This document shows, one piece after another, positions 1 to 10,175 of a DNA stretch of 51,914 nt. Within the stretch, counting starts at the first letter, position 1, and every line of letters starts with the position of its first letter. The position numbers were made by a program, and so were the translations under genes. Origin of the DNA: Myxococcota bacterium. GTDB lineage: Bacteria > Myxococcota > JACRCW01. The notes below the pieces were generated by a model, which saw only the letters and a list, made by a program, of their open reading frames with translations, searched no databases and was not told the origin of the DNA. Location: contig JBFMGU010000044.1 in NCBI GenBank assembly GCA_040752415.1, positions 1 to 51,914 on the forward strand. Direction: 5' to 3'.

Positions 1-76
1 GTGCCGGTTCGGTGCTCCCGTCGGGAGGGTCCGGCACTTTCGGACTGCGGTATGAAGTACCGCTTTGCCTCGGGCT

Positions 77-3000
77 TCACGCTTCCACTTCGGCCGGCTC
101 GTGCTCCTCGACGGGAACCACCTCCGGCACGTGACACAGCTCCACGAACCCGCACCCCAGCTCCAGGCACCGCGCGCGCGGCTGCAGCACCGGCAGCGGC
201 TGCTTGCGCACCGACGTCATGGCCCCCAGCGTGTTCAGCGCGCGCGCCGCCACCGCCTCCAGCTCCGCCGGCCCCAACCGACGGGCGAACACGCGCGACG
301 GGGGCTCACGCAGGTACGCGAGAATCGCATTCACCGACGTGGCCCCGGTCGCCCGCGCGATCATCAACGCATGCAGGTCCAGCAGCGCCTCGTGGTGCGC
401 CTGCGGCGCCTTCGCGCCGGTTCGGACCACGTGGATCACCATCCACGGCTCACCCTGCGTGCCCGCCACCACCAGCTCCGGCGTCGCCGTCACGCTCACC
501 GGTCCCAGGTCGAGCACACCGGGGAGCTGGCGCCAGATGTGATCGGCGGGAACGCCACGGAGCGCACGCCCCAGCGTGGTGTCCCAGAACGCCAGCACCT
601 CCTGCTCCATCAGCTTGAGCGCGGGCCCTCCGTCGAGTCCCTCGTCGGCGCCCACGCTGCGAAGGGCGTGACGGATCTCCTGGGCCGCATCACCCTCCAG
701 CGCGCCCAGGTCCACCGCGCTGAACGCGCGCTCGACGAGCGTGGCCATCCTGCGCGCCACCGCGGCCTGCCCGTGCGCGGAGATCTCGTCGGGTTGCACC
801 GGTTCGGAGAGCGCGGGCGTGAGGTGCAGGTGTGCAAAGCGACGCGGGCAGCTCATCGCGTCGGCGAGTGCCGTGGCGTCGATGTGCGTCCGTTCCCAGG
901 GACGTTCCACCTCGAGCGGGATGTCCTCCGGCACCACGCGCACGGGTGATGCGGCGGGAAGACTGAGCGGCTGGTCGAGCACCTCGACGAGACCCAACGA
1001 CACCGCCTCCGTCAGCGACGGGAACAAACGACCCGCCATGGTGTCCGGTGCGGGCGTGGCGCCGGGCTTGGGCTCACCGGAAAAGAGCAGCAGCTCCTTG
1101 GCGCGCGTGAGCGCCACGTAGAGCAGGCGCGCAGTCTCCAGGTCTCCGTCGCTGCGGAGTGCGTCGTGGAGGTCCCGCGCGGGCGTGCGCGCCTCACTGC
1201 GCTTCACGACGCCGGTGATGTGGTCATGCGTGCGGATGGCCAGCCCCAGCCGGTGATGCCATTCCACGCGCGCCGGCCGACGCCACGGGGCCGCACACAG
1301 GTCCGCCAGTGCCACCACGCGGTACTCCAGGCCCTTGGCCTCGTGCATGGTGAGGATGGTGACCTGCTCGGCGGTGCCCTCTGGCGTGCCCAACGGGAAA
1401 TCCGCGCCCGCGTGCCGCGCCTCCCGGATGAACCTCACGGCATCCGGCACACTGCGCCCGCGCAGCAATCCCTCCAACGCGCGCAGGTTGGCCACGCGGC
1501 TGCCGCCGTCGTCGTGGAGCTCCAGCATGGCCCACCCGTCGAGGGCGTCCCAGAGGTGCACCAGGGCCTGGCCCGCGTCCAGGTTGGCGGCACACACGCG
1601 AAGCGGCGCGAGCGCGTCCTTCAACCGCGTGAGCGCGGCGGTCTCCTCGACGGTGAACGTCTGCCTGGCCAGCTCCGGCAGCTCGCCCTGCAGCACGCGC
1701 GCGACGGTGAGCGCGGGTTTCTCATGGGCCACGCTCAGCGCAATGAGCGCCTCATCCCGCAGCATGACGAGCGGAGAGCGCAGCACGATGGCCAACGCAT
1801 GCGCATCCTGCGGGTCGGCGAGCAGCGTGAGCAACGCCATGGCGTCCTGCACCTCGGGACGACCGAGCAGCGATCCCCCCCGACCCACGCGCACGGGCAC
1901 GCCCACGCCGGAGAGCGCCGCGCGGTAGATCTCGGCCTGTGTGCGGGTGCGGAGCAGGATCGCCACGTCGGAGGGACGCAGCTCGGAGAGCCCGCCCTGG
2001 CCGGACAGCAGCAGCCGGATGTGCTGCGCCAGCAGTCGCGCCTCCTGCTCACGACGCTCATGCGCGTCCATCTCCGGCGTCACGCGCGCGCGCAGCCACC
2101 AACCCGGACGCGGCAGGCCGCCCTCTTTCAGGGCCACCAGCCGGTCATGCTCCGCAAACCGGGCCCCCAGCGCCGCCGCGGAGAGGTGGTTGAGCAGGTT
2201 GACCATCGTCGTCGTGGAGCGACGGCTCTCCCGCAGCACCGCTTCCTCGCCGCCGCTGTCCTTGAGCGCGGCCACCGCGTCGTCAAACAGCGTGGCGTCG
2301 GCGCCGCGGAAGCCGTAGATGCTCTGCTTGGGGTCACCCACGACGAGAAGCCGGCCCTCGATCGGGCGCGCGTCACGGATGTTGGTGGGCGGGTCGTCAC
2401 GCGGGTCCAGCAGCAGCGCGAGCAGCTCACCCTGGATGGGGCTCGTGTCCTGCATCTCGTCGACGAGAACGGCGCCCAGGCGTTCCTGCACCCGCCTGCG
2501 CACGCCGGGTTGTCGACGAAGCAGATCGCGCGCGCCGCGGAGCAGGTCGGAGAAGTCCAACGCGCCCGCTTCCGCCTTCCTCCGCGCGTACGAGTCTTCC
2601 GTCGCTGCGAGCAGGTCCAGCAGCAGCGTTCCCGCTTCTCGTGAGCGCTTGCACGCCCACCCCGCGACCACCTGGCTCACCGCCGCCCTCATGGCCCGGC
2701 GCGTCTCCGCCACCGACGGACCGCCCCAGTTCCCCCCGACGGTGAGGAACGCGTCGTTCAGCGCGAAGAGCAGCGCATCGTCGTCCTCCGCGCGCTCGAT
2801 CCGGTCGGCGATCTCCGCGAGCTCCCGTCCCTTGGTGACCGCGGCGGGCGTCAATCCCGGCGTCATCCGCAAGCGGCGCAGGGTGGCTGGCAGCGCGGCA
2901 CGCGTCTGGGCGTACTCCTCGTCGAGAATGCCGGGATGGAGGGCCAGCTGCTTCACGGTGAGACCACGCTCACCCAGCCGGTCATGCACGCCCACCAGCG

Positions 3001-3544
3001 CTTCCATCAGGCCGGTGCGCAGCGGAAGTGCCTCGGCGAGTTTCAGCGTGTCCGCGCGCTTGGGGCCGGACATGGCCGTGGTGACGGCTTCCAGCGCGGC
3101 CTCGGAGAGCATCTGGGCGGACTGCACCTCGTCGAGGATCTCCGGCGAAAGCGGAATGCCGCACTCCGCGGCGTGCTCCCGCAGCAGTCGTCCGCAGAAG
3201 CCGTGGAAGGTGCCAATGGGCGCGCCCAAGAGCAGCGGCTCCAGGCGCAACAGCTCACCGCTGTCACGTACGCGCGCGTTCGAGCCCCCACTCAGCAACC
3301 ATGCATCCCGCGCAGGGCCCGGCGTCCCCACCGCGCGCAAGCGCGAGAGGATGCGCTCCTTCATTTCCGCCGCGGCACGCTCGGTGAACGTCAGCGCGAG
3401 GATGGCGGAGGGACGCAGCGGCTCGCGCCCGCCGGTGCCGGTGAGCAGCGCCAGGTACGTCTCCACCAACGTGTGCGTCTTGCCGGTACCGGCGCTGGCA
3501 CGCACGGCGCGACTGCGCGAGAGCGCGTAGGAGGTGAGGCTCAT
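77..3544 (-). CDS. addA: AddA-like UvrD/SF1A helicase with degenerate C-terminal PD-(D/E)XK-type domain
   Basis: 1155 aa. Motifs ASAGTGKT (I), LTFTERAAAEMKERI (Ia), DEMQDTS (II), VGDPKQSIYGFRGA (III), TMHEAKGLEY (V), RLLYVALTRAK (VI). Overlaps the upstream addB-like gene by 4 nt (ATGA). Confidence 0.88.
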   Translation of the reverse strand: MSLTSYALSRSRAVRASAGTGKTHTLVETYLALLTGTGGREPLRPSAILALTFTERAAAEMKERILSRLRAVGTPGPARDAWLLSGGSNARVRDSGELLRLEPLLLGAPIGTFHGFCGRLLREHAAECGIPLSPEILDEVQSAQMLSEAALEAVTTAMSGPKRADTLKLAEALPLRTGLMEALVGVHDRLGERGLTVKQLALHPGILDEEYAQTRAALPATLRRLRMTPGLTPAAVTKGRELAEIADRIERAEDDDALLFALNDAFLTVGGNWGGPSVAETRRAMRAAVSQVVAGWACKRSREAGTLLLDLLAATEDSYARRKAEAGALDFSDLLRGARDLLRRQPGVRRRVQERLGAVLVDEMQDTSPIQGELLALLLDPRDDPPTNIRDARPIEGRLLVVGDPKQSIYGFRGADATLFDDAVAALKDSGGEEAVLRESRRSTTTMVNLLNHLSAAALGARFAEHDRLVALKEGGLPRPGWWLRARVTPEMDAHERREQEARLLAQHIRLLLSGQGGLSELRPSDVAILLRTRTQAEIYRAALSGVGVPVRVGRGGSLLGRPEVQDAMALLTLLADPQDAHALAIVLRSPLVMLRDEALIALSVAHEKPALTVARVLQGELPELARQTFTVEETAALTRLKDALAPLRVCAANLDAGQALVHLWDALDGWAMLELHDDGGSRVANLRALEGLLRGRSVPDAVRFIREARHAGADFPLGTPEGTAEQVTILTMHEAKGLEYRVVALADLCAAPWRRPARVEWHHRLGLAIRTHDHITGVVKRSEARTPARDLHDALRSDGDLETARLLYVALTRAKELLLFSGEPKPGATPAPDTMAGRLFPSLTEAVSLGLVEVLDQPLSLPAASPVRVVPEDIPLEVERPWERTHIDATALADAMSCPRRFAHLHLTPALSEPVQPDEISAHGQAAVARRMATLVERAFSAVDLGALEGDAAQEIRHALRSVGADEGLDGGPALKLMEQEVLAFWDTTLGRALRGVPADHIWRQLPGVLDLGPVSVTATPELVVAGTQGEPWMVIHVVRTGAKAPQAHHEALLDLHALMIARATGATSVNAILAYLREPPSRVFARRLGPAELEAVAARALNTLGAMTSVRKQPLPVLQPRARCLELGCGFVELCHVPEVVPVEEHEPAEVEA

Positions 3545-6492
3545 GCGCCTTCCTCGTCGTCGAGCAAGGCCTCGTCATCCTCGGGCGGCGGGCGCGTCTC
3601 CTGCACCCGGCAGACAGAGAAGTGGTCACAGAAACGGCACGCGCCCTTCTCCGGCTCGACGGGGAACCTGCCCTCCCGCAACCCGTGTGTGATCTGCACC
3701 AGTCGCTGCTCCATGCCCGGGTGTTTGAGCTGAGGGCTCCCGACCATCACCTCCTCGAGGGAGAAGCGCCCGAGTGAGCCGAACGGCGACGTGGCCCGCC
3801 CGTCGCGGATGGACCAGAGGTAGCCAATGGCGCCGGGCGCACCGCCCGCACGCAGCGCGAGGAGGTACAGCGGCAGCTGCAGGTGGTGGTAGCCCAGCGA
3901 CGCATTCGACAGCATGTCCGCGTTGTGCGCCGCGGAGCCGCTCTTGTAGTCCCATGCCACCATGGTTCCGTCGACGAGCTCATCCACGCGGTCCATGCGC
4001 CCGCGCACGAACAGCGGGTCCATCCCCGGGAGCTCGACGCTGAACGGCGCATCACCCCACCCGAACCCGTGCTCCACCGCCACCGGCTTCGCGCCTGCGT
4101 GCACGGGGCGGTGCGCCATCTCGGTGATGGTCCGGATGACCTGTTCCGCCAGCGTCTCGAGCACGGCCTCGGTGATGGCGGGGTTGCCGCCCATGCTGCC
4201 GCGTCCTTCCATGATCTTTGCGCGGATCCACTGTTTCTCGTCGGGAGTGGGCGCTTCCAGCGGACGGCCCAGGCGGTCGCGGACGTAATCCTCCAGCACC
4301 TTGTGCGCGAGCTCACCGAGCACGTCCGCACCCGGCGCATTCTCCGCGGGCTCGGTGGGCGCGATGCCCAGCATGTTGTCCACCACGACGAGGAACGGAC
4401 ACCGCCCATAGCGCTCCAACGACGTGGCCGACGTCGGATGCTCTCGCGTTCCGCCGTACCGCCTGGCCACCTGGGCCGCCAACGCGCCGGTGATGATGCC
4501 GCCGTGCGCCCCGTCGGGTTTTCGCCAGCGTGAGCGGATGGCCTGCGTGCGACGGACCAGCTCCGGCTCCGCGTCCGGTTGTGCCTGTCGTGCCGCCACA
4601 CCCGCGGCCCGACGACGCGTCATGCGTCCGGCAGGGGAGGGCGGTCGGTCCGGAGCGGCGCGCCCCAGCGTGCGCAGCAGCTCCAGGAAGAACGGGCTGG
4701 CGCTCCGCTGCCGTCCATCCAGCGCGTTCTCCGACGTCGTCACCAGCAGGGACTGCGCGGCCGATCCCACGGCGAGCGCGAAGAGCAACGGCTCCAGGCG
4801 ATCCCGCGGCGGCGCGCGCAGGGCTCCCTCACCGTCCTCGGTGCGGAACGCGGCGCGACCGAGCACCTTGTTGAGCGCGTGACGGTCCTCGTCGCTGAGC
4901 AGCGGGTAGAGCGAGGTGGGCTCCGGGAAGATCCCATCCGCCATCCCCATCACCGCCACCGACGAGAAACGCCGCCCCGCCACGTCGGGCGCGCTGCACA
5001 GCTCGATTCCGTGCGCGGGAGGCGCCACCGGCACCGCGGCAAACATGGCCTCCACGTGGCTGGCGAACACCACACGCGCCATCTGCCCGTGGCCCGCCCG
5101 TCGAGCGGAGGTCTGCAGCGCGCGCAAGCCCTCGTCGAGCGCGTTGCGGGCCAGCACGTCCTGCTCCATGGCCGCCTGGGCCAGCGACGAGGTGGGCGCG
5201 GTCACGCTGCGCAAGCCACGCAGCATCAGCAACGCGTCGTCGAGGCGGCGCGCGTGCTCCTCCACCGGCGCCACCTCCGCCAACGCGCGCAGCGCCAGTG
5301 CCAGCGGCATGATCTCCGGGTGTCCCTCGGCGTGACGCGCGAGCACCTCCGCGGCACGACCGGACTGACCGGCGGCCCGCATCTGCGGCGCAAGGCGCGT
5401 GGCAAACGCTCTCGCCACCGACGGCATGGCCCCCGCCAGCTCGGCCAGCGACTCCAGCTCCTGCACGTGGATGCGCCCCTCGGCCGCGCGCAACAGGCGG
5501 GTGACGCCGCGGGCAAAGGCGCACTGCCGGAGGTCCAGCTTGCGTCGCCACAGCACCAGACCGCGCGCGGCCAGCGCGTCGACGAGCAGCGCATCCCGCT
5601 CCGACGGACGACGCACGATCACGGCGAGGTCCTGCGGACGGCTCCCCGCCTGCAGCTGGCGCAGACACCAGTCCGCCACCGCTTCCGCCTCGGAGCGCAC
5701 GTCGGGAAGCGCGGCCACCACGGCGGGCGCGGACGGGGCGGTGCCGGGCGTGAACAGCGCGTCGGCCAGCGCGCTCATGGCGCCACCCGGCTCCCCCAGC
5801 GGATGGTGCTCCACGACGAGACCTTCCGCCGCACTCCCCTCCAACGCCTGCAGCACCGGCTCCAGGTACGCGCCCAGCGTGGGACGGTCGGAGACGTGCG
5901 GCAGGTGCAAGGTCACCCGCGCCCGACGGGCGAGCGCCCGCAGGAACACCAGTCGCGCCTGGGTGATGTCCAGCAGGCCGCGCACCTCCACGTGGGAGGG
6001 CACCGGGACGTCGCGGTCGGAGAGCGCTTCCACGGCGGCGGGGAGCGCGTCGGCTGCGTCGGCAAGCCCACGTTCCTGCTTGCGCGTCTCGTACACGCCG
6101 TACAGCCGGGCCAGCGCTGTCAGCCGCTCGCAGCGCGAGTCATCCAGCATGCCCGCCGCGCCGAGGAGATCCGTGGGCGTGACCTGGGCCTCCTTGGCGG
6201 ACGCAATGGCGTTCTGCGCGTGCTCGTGGAACGTGGGATCCCCGGTGGGCAACGCGGTCAGTGACGACGCAAGATCCTTCACCACGTCGTGCAGCAGCAG
6301 CGCACAGGCGGCAGGGTCGACGACGGCCCGGTTGCGGGAGCGCGCGGCCAGGTACGCCACGAAGTCCCCGAGCACGCCGTCACGCAGGGCCAGGCTTGCG
6401 CCCGAGCGGGAGGCGCGCTGACGCAGCAATCCCAGCAGCGCCGACGAGGACGGCCACAACGTGACGGATTGGACCTTGCGGTACTGCACCAT
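3541..6492 (-). CDS. addB: AddB-like subunit: inactive helicase-like body plus C-terminal Fe-S PD-(D/E)XK nuclease
   Basis: 983 aa. SATSLERYGRCPF, LGELAHKVLE, RGRMDRVD, WDYKSG, QLPLY and CRFCDHFSVCR. No Walker A motif seen. Confidence 0.85.
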   Translation of the reverse strand: MVQYRKVQSVTLWPSSSALLGLLRQRASRSGASLALRDGVLGDFVAYLAARSRNRAVVDPAACALLLHDVVKDLASSLTALPTGDPTFHEHAQNAIASAKEAQVTPTDLLGAAGMLDDSRCERLTALARLYGVYETRKQERGLADAADALPAAVEALSDRDVPVPSHVEVRGLLDITQARLVFLRALARRARVTLHLPHVSDRPTLGAYLEPVLQALEGSAAEGLVVEHHPLGEPGGAMSALADALFTPGTAPSAPAVVAALPDVRSEAEAVADWCLRQLQAGSRPQDLAVIVRRPSERDALLVDALAARGLVLWRRKLDLRQCAFARGVTRLLRAAEGRIHVQELESLAELAGAMPSVARAFATRLAPQMRAAGQSGRAAEVLARHAEGHPEIMPLALALRALAEVAPVEEHARRLDDALLMLRGLRSVTAPTSSLAQAAMEQDVLARNALDEGLRALQTSARRAGHGQMARVVFASHVEAMFAAVPVAPPAHGIELCSAPDVAGRRFSSVAVMGMADGIFPEPTSLYPLLSDEDRHALNKVLGRAAFRTEDGEGALRAPPRDRLEPLLFALAVGSAAQSLLVTTSENALDGRQRSASPFFLELLRTLGRAAPDRPPSPAGRMTRRRAAGVAARQAQPDAEPELVRRTQAIRSRWRKPDGAHGGIITGALAAQVARRYGGTREHPTSATSLERYGRCPFLVVVDNMLGIAPTEPAENAPGADVLGELAHKVLEDYVRDRLGRPLEAPTPDEKQWIRAKIMEGRGSMGGNPAITEAVLETLAEQVIRTITEMAHRPVHAGAKPVAVEHGFGWGDAPFSVELPGMDPLFVRGRMDRVDELVDGTMVAWDYKSGSAAHNADMLSNASLGYHHLQLPLYLLALRAGGAPGAIGYLWSIRDGRATSPFGSLGRFSLEEVMVGSPQLKHPGMEQRLVQITHGLREGRFPVEPEKGACRFCDHFSVCRVQETRPPPEDDEALLDDEEGA

Positions 6493-6552
6493 GGAGGCGC
6501 CGGACCCTAGGTCCCCCGGTGCTTTCCCGTCGAGCGGTGGCGGTTGTTCCTG

Positions 6553-7734
6553 TCAGCGCCGCAGCATGCTGACCATGGCGTCGCGCGGGATGGGCACCAC
6601 GCGGCCAAACCCGTCCGGGGTGATCTGCAGGACGCAGAAGCGTTTCCCGTCGTGCATGGCCACGCCCACGGTCTCCTCGCCGCCCTCCGGGCGCACGCGC
6701 ACCAGCACGTGGGGATGCAGCGTCACGGTGCGGTCGCCGTACTTGCGCACCTCGGCCAGCGTGTCGCGCGCCAGCTCGTCGTTCATCTGCGCTTCGAACG
6801 CGGCGTCAAAGGGCTGGAACCCGGAGAACTGGGCGCGCGCACGCAAGTTGCCGGGGTTGGCCTCCGCCGTGGTCCGCGGCATGCGACCGCGCACGCTGTC
6901 CAGGCGGATCTGCTCCAGCTCGCCGTCGGTGTAGTGCGGGAAGACGCTCTGGCCGCGCTGGCTCACGGCAACCTGCTCGCCCACCGCCAGCGTGAGGAAG
7001 CTGATGCGTGGCGGCGCTCCCGGCACCTGGCTCACCACCACCGCGGCGTACACGCCCGACTCCATGCGCACCACGCGGTACGGCTTGGGCTGGCTTCCGG
7101 CGTGGAGCTTGAGCAGCACGTCCTGCGGGGCCACCATGGCCACCTTGCCCTGCGCCGCGCGCAGGAAGCCGGGGAGCTCAATGGCCAGGTCGGAGTGCGC
7201 GGGCGGCTGGCAGCCGGGGCGCATGAACAGGAAGCGGTAGGCCGCGCCGCTCTCCCCCACGGGATGCAGCACGTGCAGGTAGAGATCCACGCCGTAGGCG
7301 GGGGTGGGCTGGCGGAGCGCGGCACGCATGGCGCCGAACCCGGCGTCGTTGCCGGCGGGGCCGGGCAGCTTCAACGGCGCGCGGGTCTCCGTCTCCGCCA
7401 GGTACTTCCCCACCAGCCCCCACATGCCAAAGGTCACCGACGCGGTGTCCACCACGTTGCCGAGCCGGGTGCGGTCCTCGTCGGAGAGATCCACGAACTG
7501 CATGCCCACGCCCACGCCAGGGATGGTGAAGCGGATCTCCGCCTTGAGCGTGAGCGGGCCGGTGGGGAGCTGCAGGGTCACCTCGCAGTCCCCGGAGGGG
7601 TACGGCGGCTCCAGCAGCATCAGCGTCCCGCCACGACTCAGATCCCGCGTGCGCGCGTTCCAACTGTTGCCCCCCGCGCGCAGGACGGCGGGGATACGGA
7701 CGTATGCGCGGGCGCTCTCGGTGGTGGAAACCAT
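6553..7734 (-). CDS. PilZ domain-containing protein (N-terminal PilZ plus unknown C-terminal region)
   Basis: RAYVR (RxxxR) and DLSRGG (DxSxxG) c-di-GMP-binding motifs; GVGMQFVDL strand. Confidence 0.8.
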   Translation of the reverse strand: MVSTTESARAYVRIPAVLRAGGNSWNARTRDLSRGGTLMLLEPPYPSGDCEVTLQLPTGPLTLKAEIRFTIPGVGVGMQFVDLSDEDRTRLGNVVDTASVTFGMWGLVGKYLAETETRAPLKLPGPAGNDAGFGAMRAALRQPTPAYGVDLYLHVLHPVGESGAAYRFLFMRPGCQPPAHSDLAIELPGFLRAAQGKVAMVAPQDVLLKLHAGSQPKPYRVVRMESGVYAAVVVSQVPGAPPRISFLTLAVGEQVAVSQRGQSVFPHYTDGELEQIRLDSVRGRMPRTTAEANPGNLRARAQFSGFQPFDAAFEAQMNDELARDTLAEVRKYGDRTVTLHPHVLVRVRPEGGEETVGVAMHDGKRFCVLQITPDGFGRVVPIPRDAMVSMLRR

Positions 7735-7783
7735 GGGGGACAGCCTGGGTCCTCTTTAGCAGCGGTCTGGCCGCGCCGCACGG

Positions 7784-8947
7784 TCAGCGGACGCGCAGGT
7801 ACATGCTTTCCTGGAGGCCCTCACCGGTGCGCTCGTAGGTGACGCCGGCGTGGGTGAACACCGCGTGCGCCCGGCTCCTCATGCGGAAGTAGGCCGGGGC
7901 CAGGTAGTCGTGCACCAGCAGGTGGACCAGCGGGTTGGTGCCGCGCTCCAGCATGTCCAGCGCCTCCACCTCACGCTCCATCTCCAGGGTGACGTGGATG
8001 GGGGCGCCGTCGTGGACCCCGCGGATCACCAGCCGCTCCGGCCGTCGGCGACCACCCTTGACGCTGTACTTCTCCTGGTAGGGCGTGATCTGCACCGCGT
8101 CGGTCTGGAACAGGTGCTCGCGCCCGCGCCCCACGTAGAGCAGCGCGCCCGGCTCGTCGCGGGGAGGGAATCCCGAGCGGTTCTTGAGGGCTGCCAGGGG
8201 ATCGGTGGCGGGGTGGATCTGCGCGAAGATCAGCGTGACGTCACCCAGGGTGGCGCGGCCCCAGTACCAGTAGGCCATGTGCTCGGAGAAATCGGCGTCG
8301 CCCCAGTTGTGGTCGTGGTAGGCGGTGCCGGACACGGTGCGCGTGGTGTTTCCCACCGTCAGCGTTCCCATCGCCGTCCCGCGCGGCATGGCCACCGACC
8401 AGCCCATCACCAGCGTGTCCCCGACGGTGGCGGTGCGCGGCCAACGCCACGGCGGCAGCAGGCTCTCCAGTGTGAGATCCAGCGCGATGGGCGTGCCCGA
8501 CTCATCCTTGGCGCTGGCGGTGAGCCGGTAGCGACGCGGCGCGTCCTCCCCCTCGCCCAGGCGCTCCTCCACCACCTTGAAGGTGCCCAGCTCTCCGTCG
8601 GCGGGGAGCGGGCCGTGCTTCATGCTTCCGGCGGGGAGCGTGGCGCGGAAGGCATGCCGTTTTCCGTCGGGGTCGGTGATGACCAGCTCCTGCCAGGTCT
8701 TGCCCTCCTGCCACATCATGCGGTCCCACATGACCATCACCGCGCTGCTCCCGTCGTCAAACAGCGCGTCGTAGTACCACCACTCGTAACCGCCCTTCCC
8801 CGGATGGGGCGCGTCGTCGACGTTGCGGAACGGCGCCCACGCCGGCGGCACCTGCTCCACGGGCACGGCCGCGGCGGGAGTCTGGGGACGGGGGAAGCAC
8901 GCCGCGGTCCACGTCAGCGTGACGACGAGAGGGAGGAGACGGGTCAT
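7784..8947 (-). CDS. CrtC/AttH-like (carotenoid 1,2-hydratase/lipocalin-like) protein, probable lipoprotein
   Basis: YEWWYYDA..DG, AYHDHNWG and WYWGR motifs; N-terminal TAAC lipobox-like signal. Confidence 0.7.
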   Translation of the reverse strand: MTRLLPLVVTLTWTAACFPRPQTPAAAVPVEQVPPAWAPFRNVDDAPHPGKGGYEWWYYDALFDDGSSAVMVMWDRMMWQEGKTWQELVITDPDGKRHAFRATLPAGSMKHGPLPADGELGTFKVVEERLGEGEDAPRRYRLTASAKDESGTPIALDLTLESLLPPWRWPRTATVGDTLVMGWSVAMPRGTAMGTLTVGNTTRTVSGTAYHDHNWGDADFSEHMAYWYWGRATLGDVTLIFAQIHPATDPLAALKNRSGFPPRDEPGALLYVGRGREHLFQTDAVQITPYQEKYSVKGGRRRPERLVIRGVHDGAPIHVTLEMEREVEALDMLERGTNPLVHLLVHDYLAPAYFRMRSRAHAVFTHAGVTYERTGEGLQESMYLRVR

Positions 8948-9339
8948 GGTTTGCGAGGGTGCGGTCGCAGGGCGCGCAGGATGAGGCCCACGCCGCCGGC
9001 CAGCAGGCCCAGCATGATGAGCGTGTTCAGCAGCGAGGTGGAACGGAAGTGGATTTGCAGGTTGGCGATGATGCCGGTGATGATGAGCAGCAGCCCGCCC
9101 AGGAAGGTGAGCCAGCCCAGGATGGATCTGCCGTTGTAGAAGAGCGCGCCCACGCCAAAGAGCACCGGGATGAGCGTGATGCCAAAGGAGCGGTCCTGGT
9201 CGCCAAAGAAGGTCCAGTAGCCGCCGTGGACGGTGACGCGGTCAAACAGCAGGTACAAGCCCACCGCGGCCATGATCAGGCCCACCAGGAAGTCGACCAG
9301 ACCGCCCGGCGTTCCGCCCACGTCCTTGAGGTCGTGCAT
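8944..9339 (-). CDS. Small hypothetical membrane protein with about 4 TM segments
   Basis: Hydrophobic segments; conserved-looking GGTPGG start; purine-rich RBS before MHDL; 4-nt overlap with the downstream gene. Confidence 0.75.
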   Translation of the reverse strand: MHDLKDVGGTPGGLVDFLVGLIMAAVGLYLLFDRVTVHGGYWTFFGDQDRSFGITLIPVLFGVGALFYNGRSILGWLTFLGGLLLIITGIIANLQIHFRSTSLLNTLIMLGLLAGGVGLILRALRPHPRKP

Positions 9340-9669
9340 CCTTCTCCTCTTCGGGCCCACTCCTCAGGGAGGAAGGGCGCGGGGACATTAGCACCAGCAG
9401 CGCGGGACAACTCCACCGAGACTGCGCGGGCCGGTGTCGACGGTGGGCCGCATGCAACGCCTACGCGTCCCACCTCCTCCGCGACCTCATCAGCGGGTGG
9501 ACCACGTGGAACAATGGCAGCCCCGAGCGCACGCCCCTGGTGGTGGAGCAGGACGACGCCATCCTGGCGCATGCGCCGCCACAGCGCGGAGGAGAACCAC
9601 GTACGTTCCTCAGTGCTGTTCGTGCTCCGCACAAGCGCGCAAACGTCGTTGCGCACCACCAAGGCGGGC

Positions 9670-10175
9670 TCAGCCCCTCTCCGCCTGTTTTGGCAGCAGC
9701 GCGGACAGCAAGAACATGGTCAGTTGCTGCTTGTCGGCCACCGCCCACTCGTCGGCGCCTTCCTCCGCCTCATCAACCTTTTCAATCGCTTCGACACGCG
9801 TAAGCTTCTTGGTCAGGTCGTAGTCCGCTTTGTGTCGTGCTTCCCGGAGGGTCACGAAGTTCCTTGCAAAGACCTGCAGGTGCGGACACGGCGTCCTGAA
9901 CCCAAGTTCATGCCACTTGGGAGACAAGCCGCCTGACGCAACCTGCTTGGCGACGGACGCATGGCTCCGTGCTCGATTGATCGAGCGATGACAACTCTAA
10001 ATCGGCTGTTGGCAGGCAGGAACTCGCGGCATGCCGCGTCCGTGACCATGTGGAACAGCGCATAGTACGCCGACGACACTGCGCGGCGGAGATTCGCCTG
10101 TTTGGGACGTTTTGCGTCAAGCCGAGCGAGCCGTCGCGCTTGTTCAATGAGCTGCCGGTGATAGGGCAACGGCAT
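9670..10175 (-). pseudogene. Frameshifted HEPN-like protein (possible TA toxin)
   Basis: ORF 9852-10175 has RRAVSSAYYALFH and ORF 9670-9927 has LREARHKADYD. Adding one base near 9959 (ATG CG- TCC GTC GCC AAG) joins them into one continuous ~168 aa protein. Confidence 0.8.

Noticed and set aside
3541..4450. Cas4-like Fe-S nuclease suggesting CRISPR-Cas
   Set aside because: It is the C-terminal domain of an AddB-like subunit next to its helicase; no cas genes or repeat-spacer array were seen in the window.
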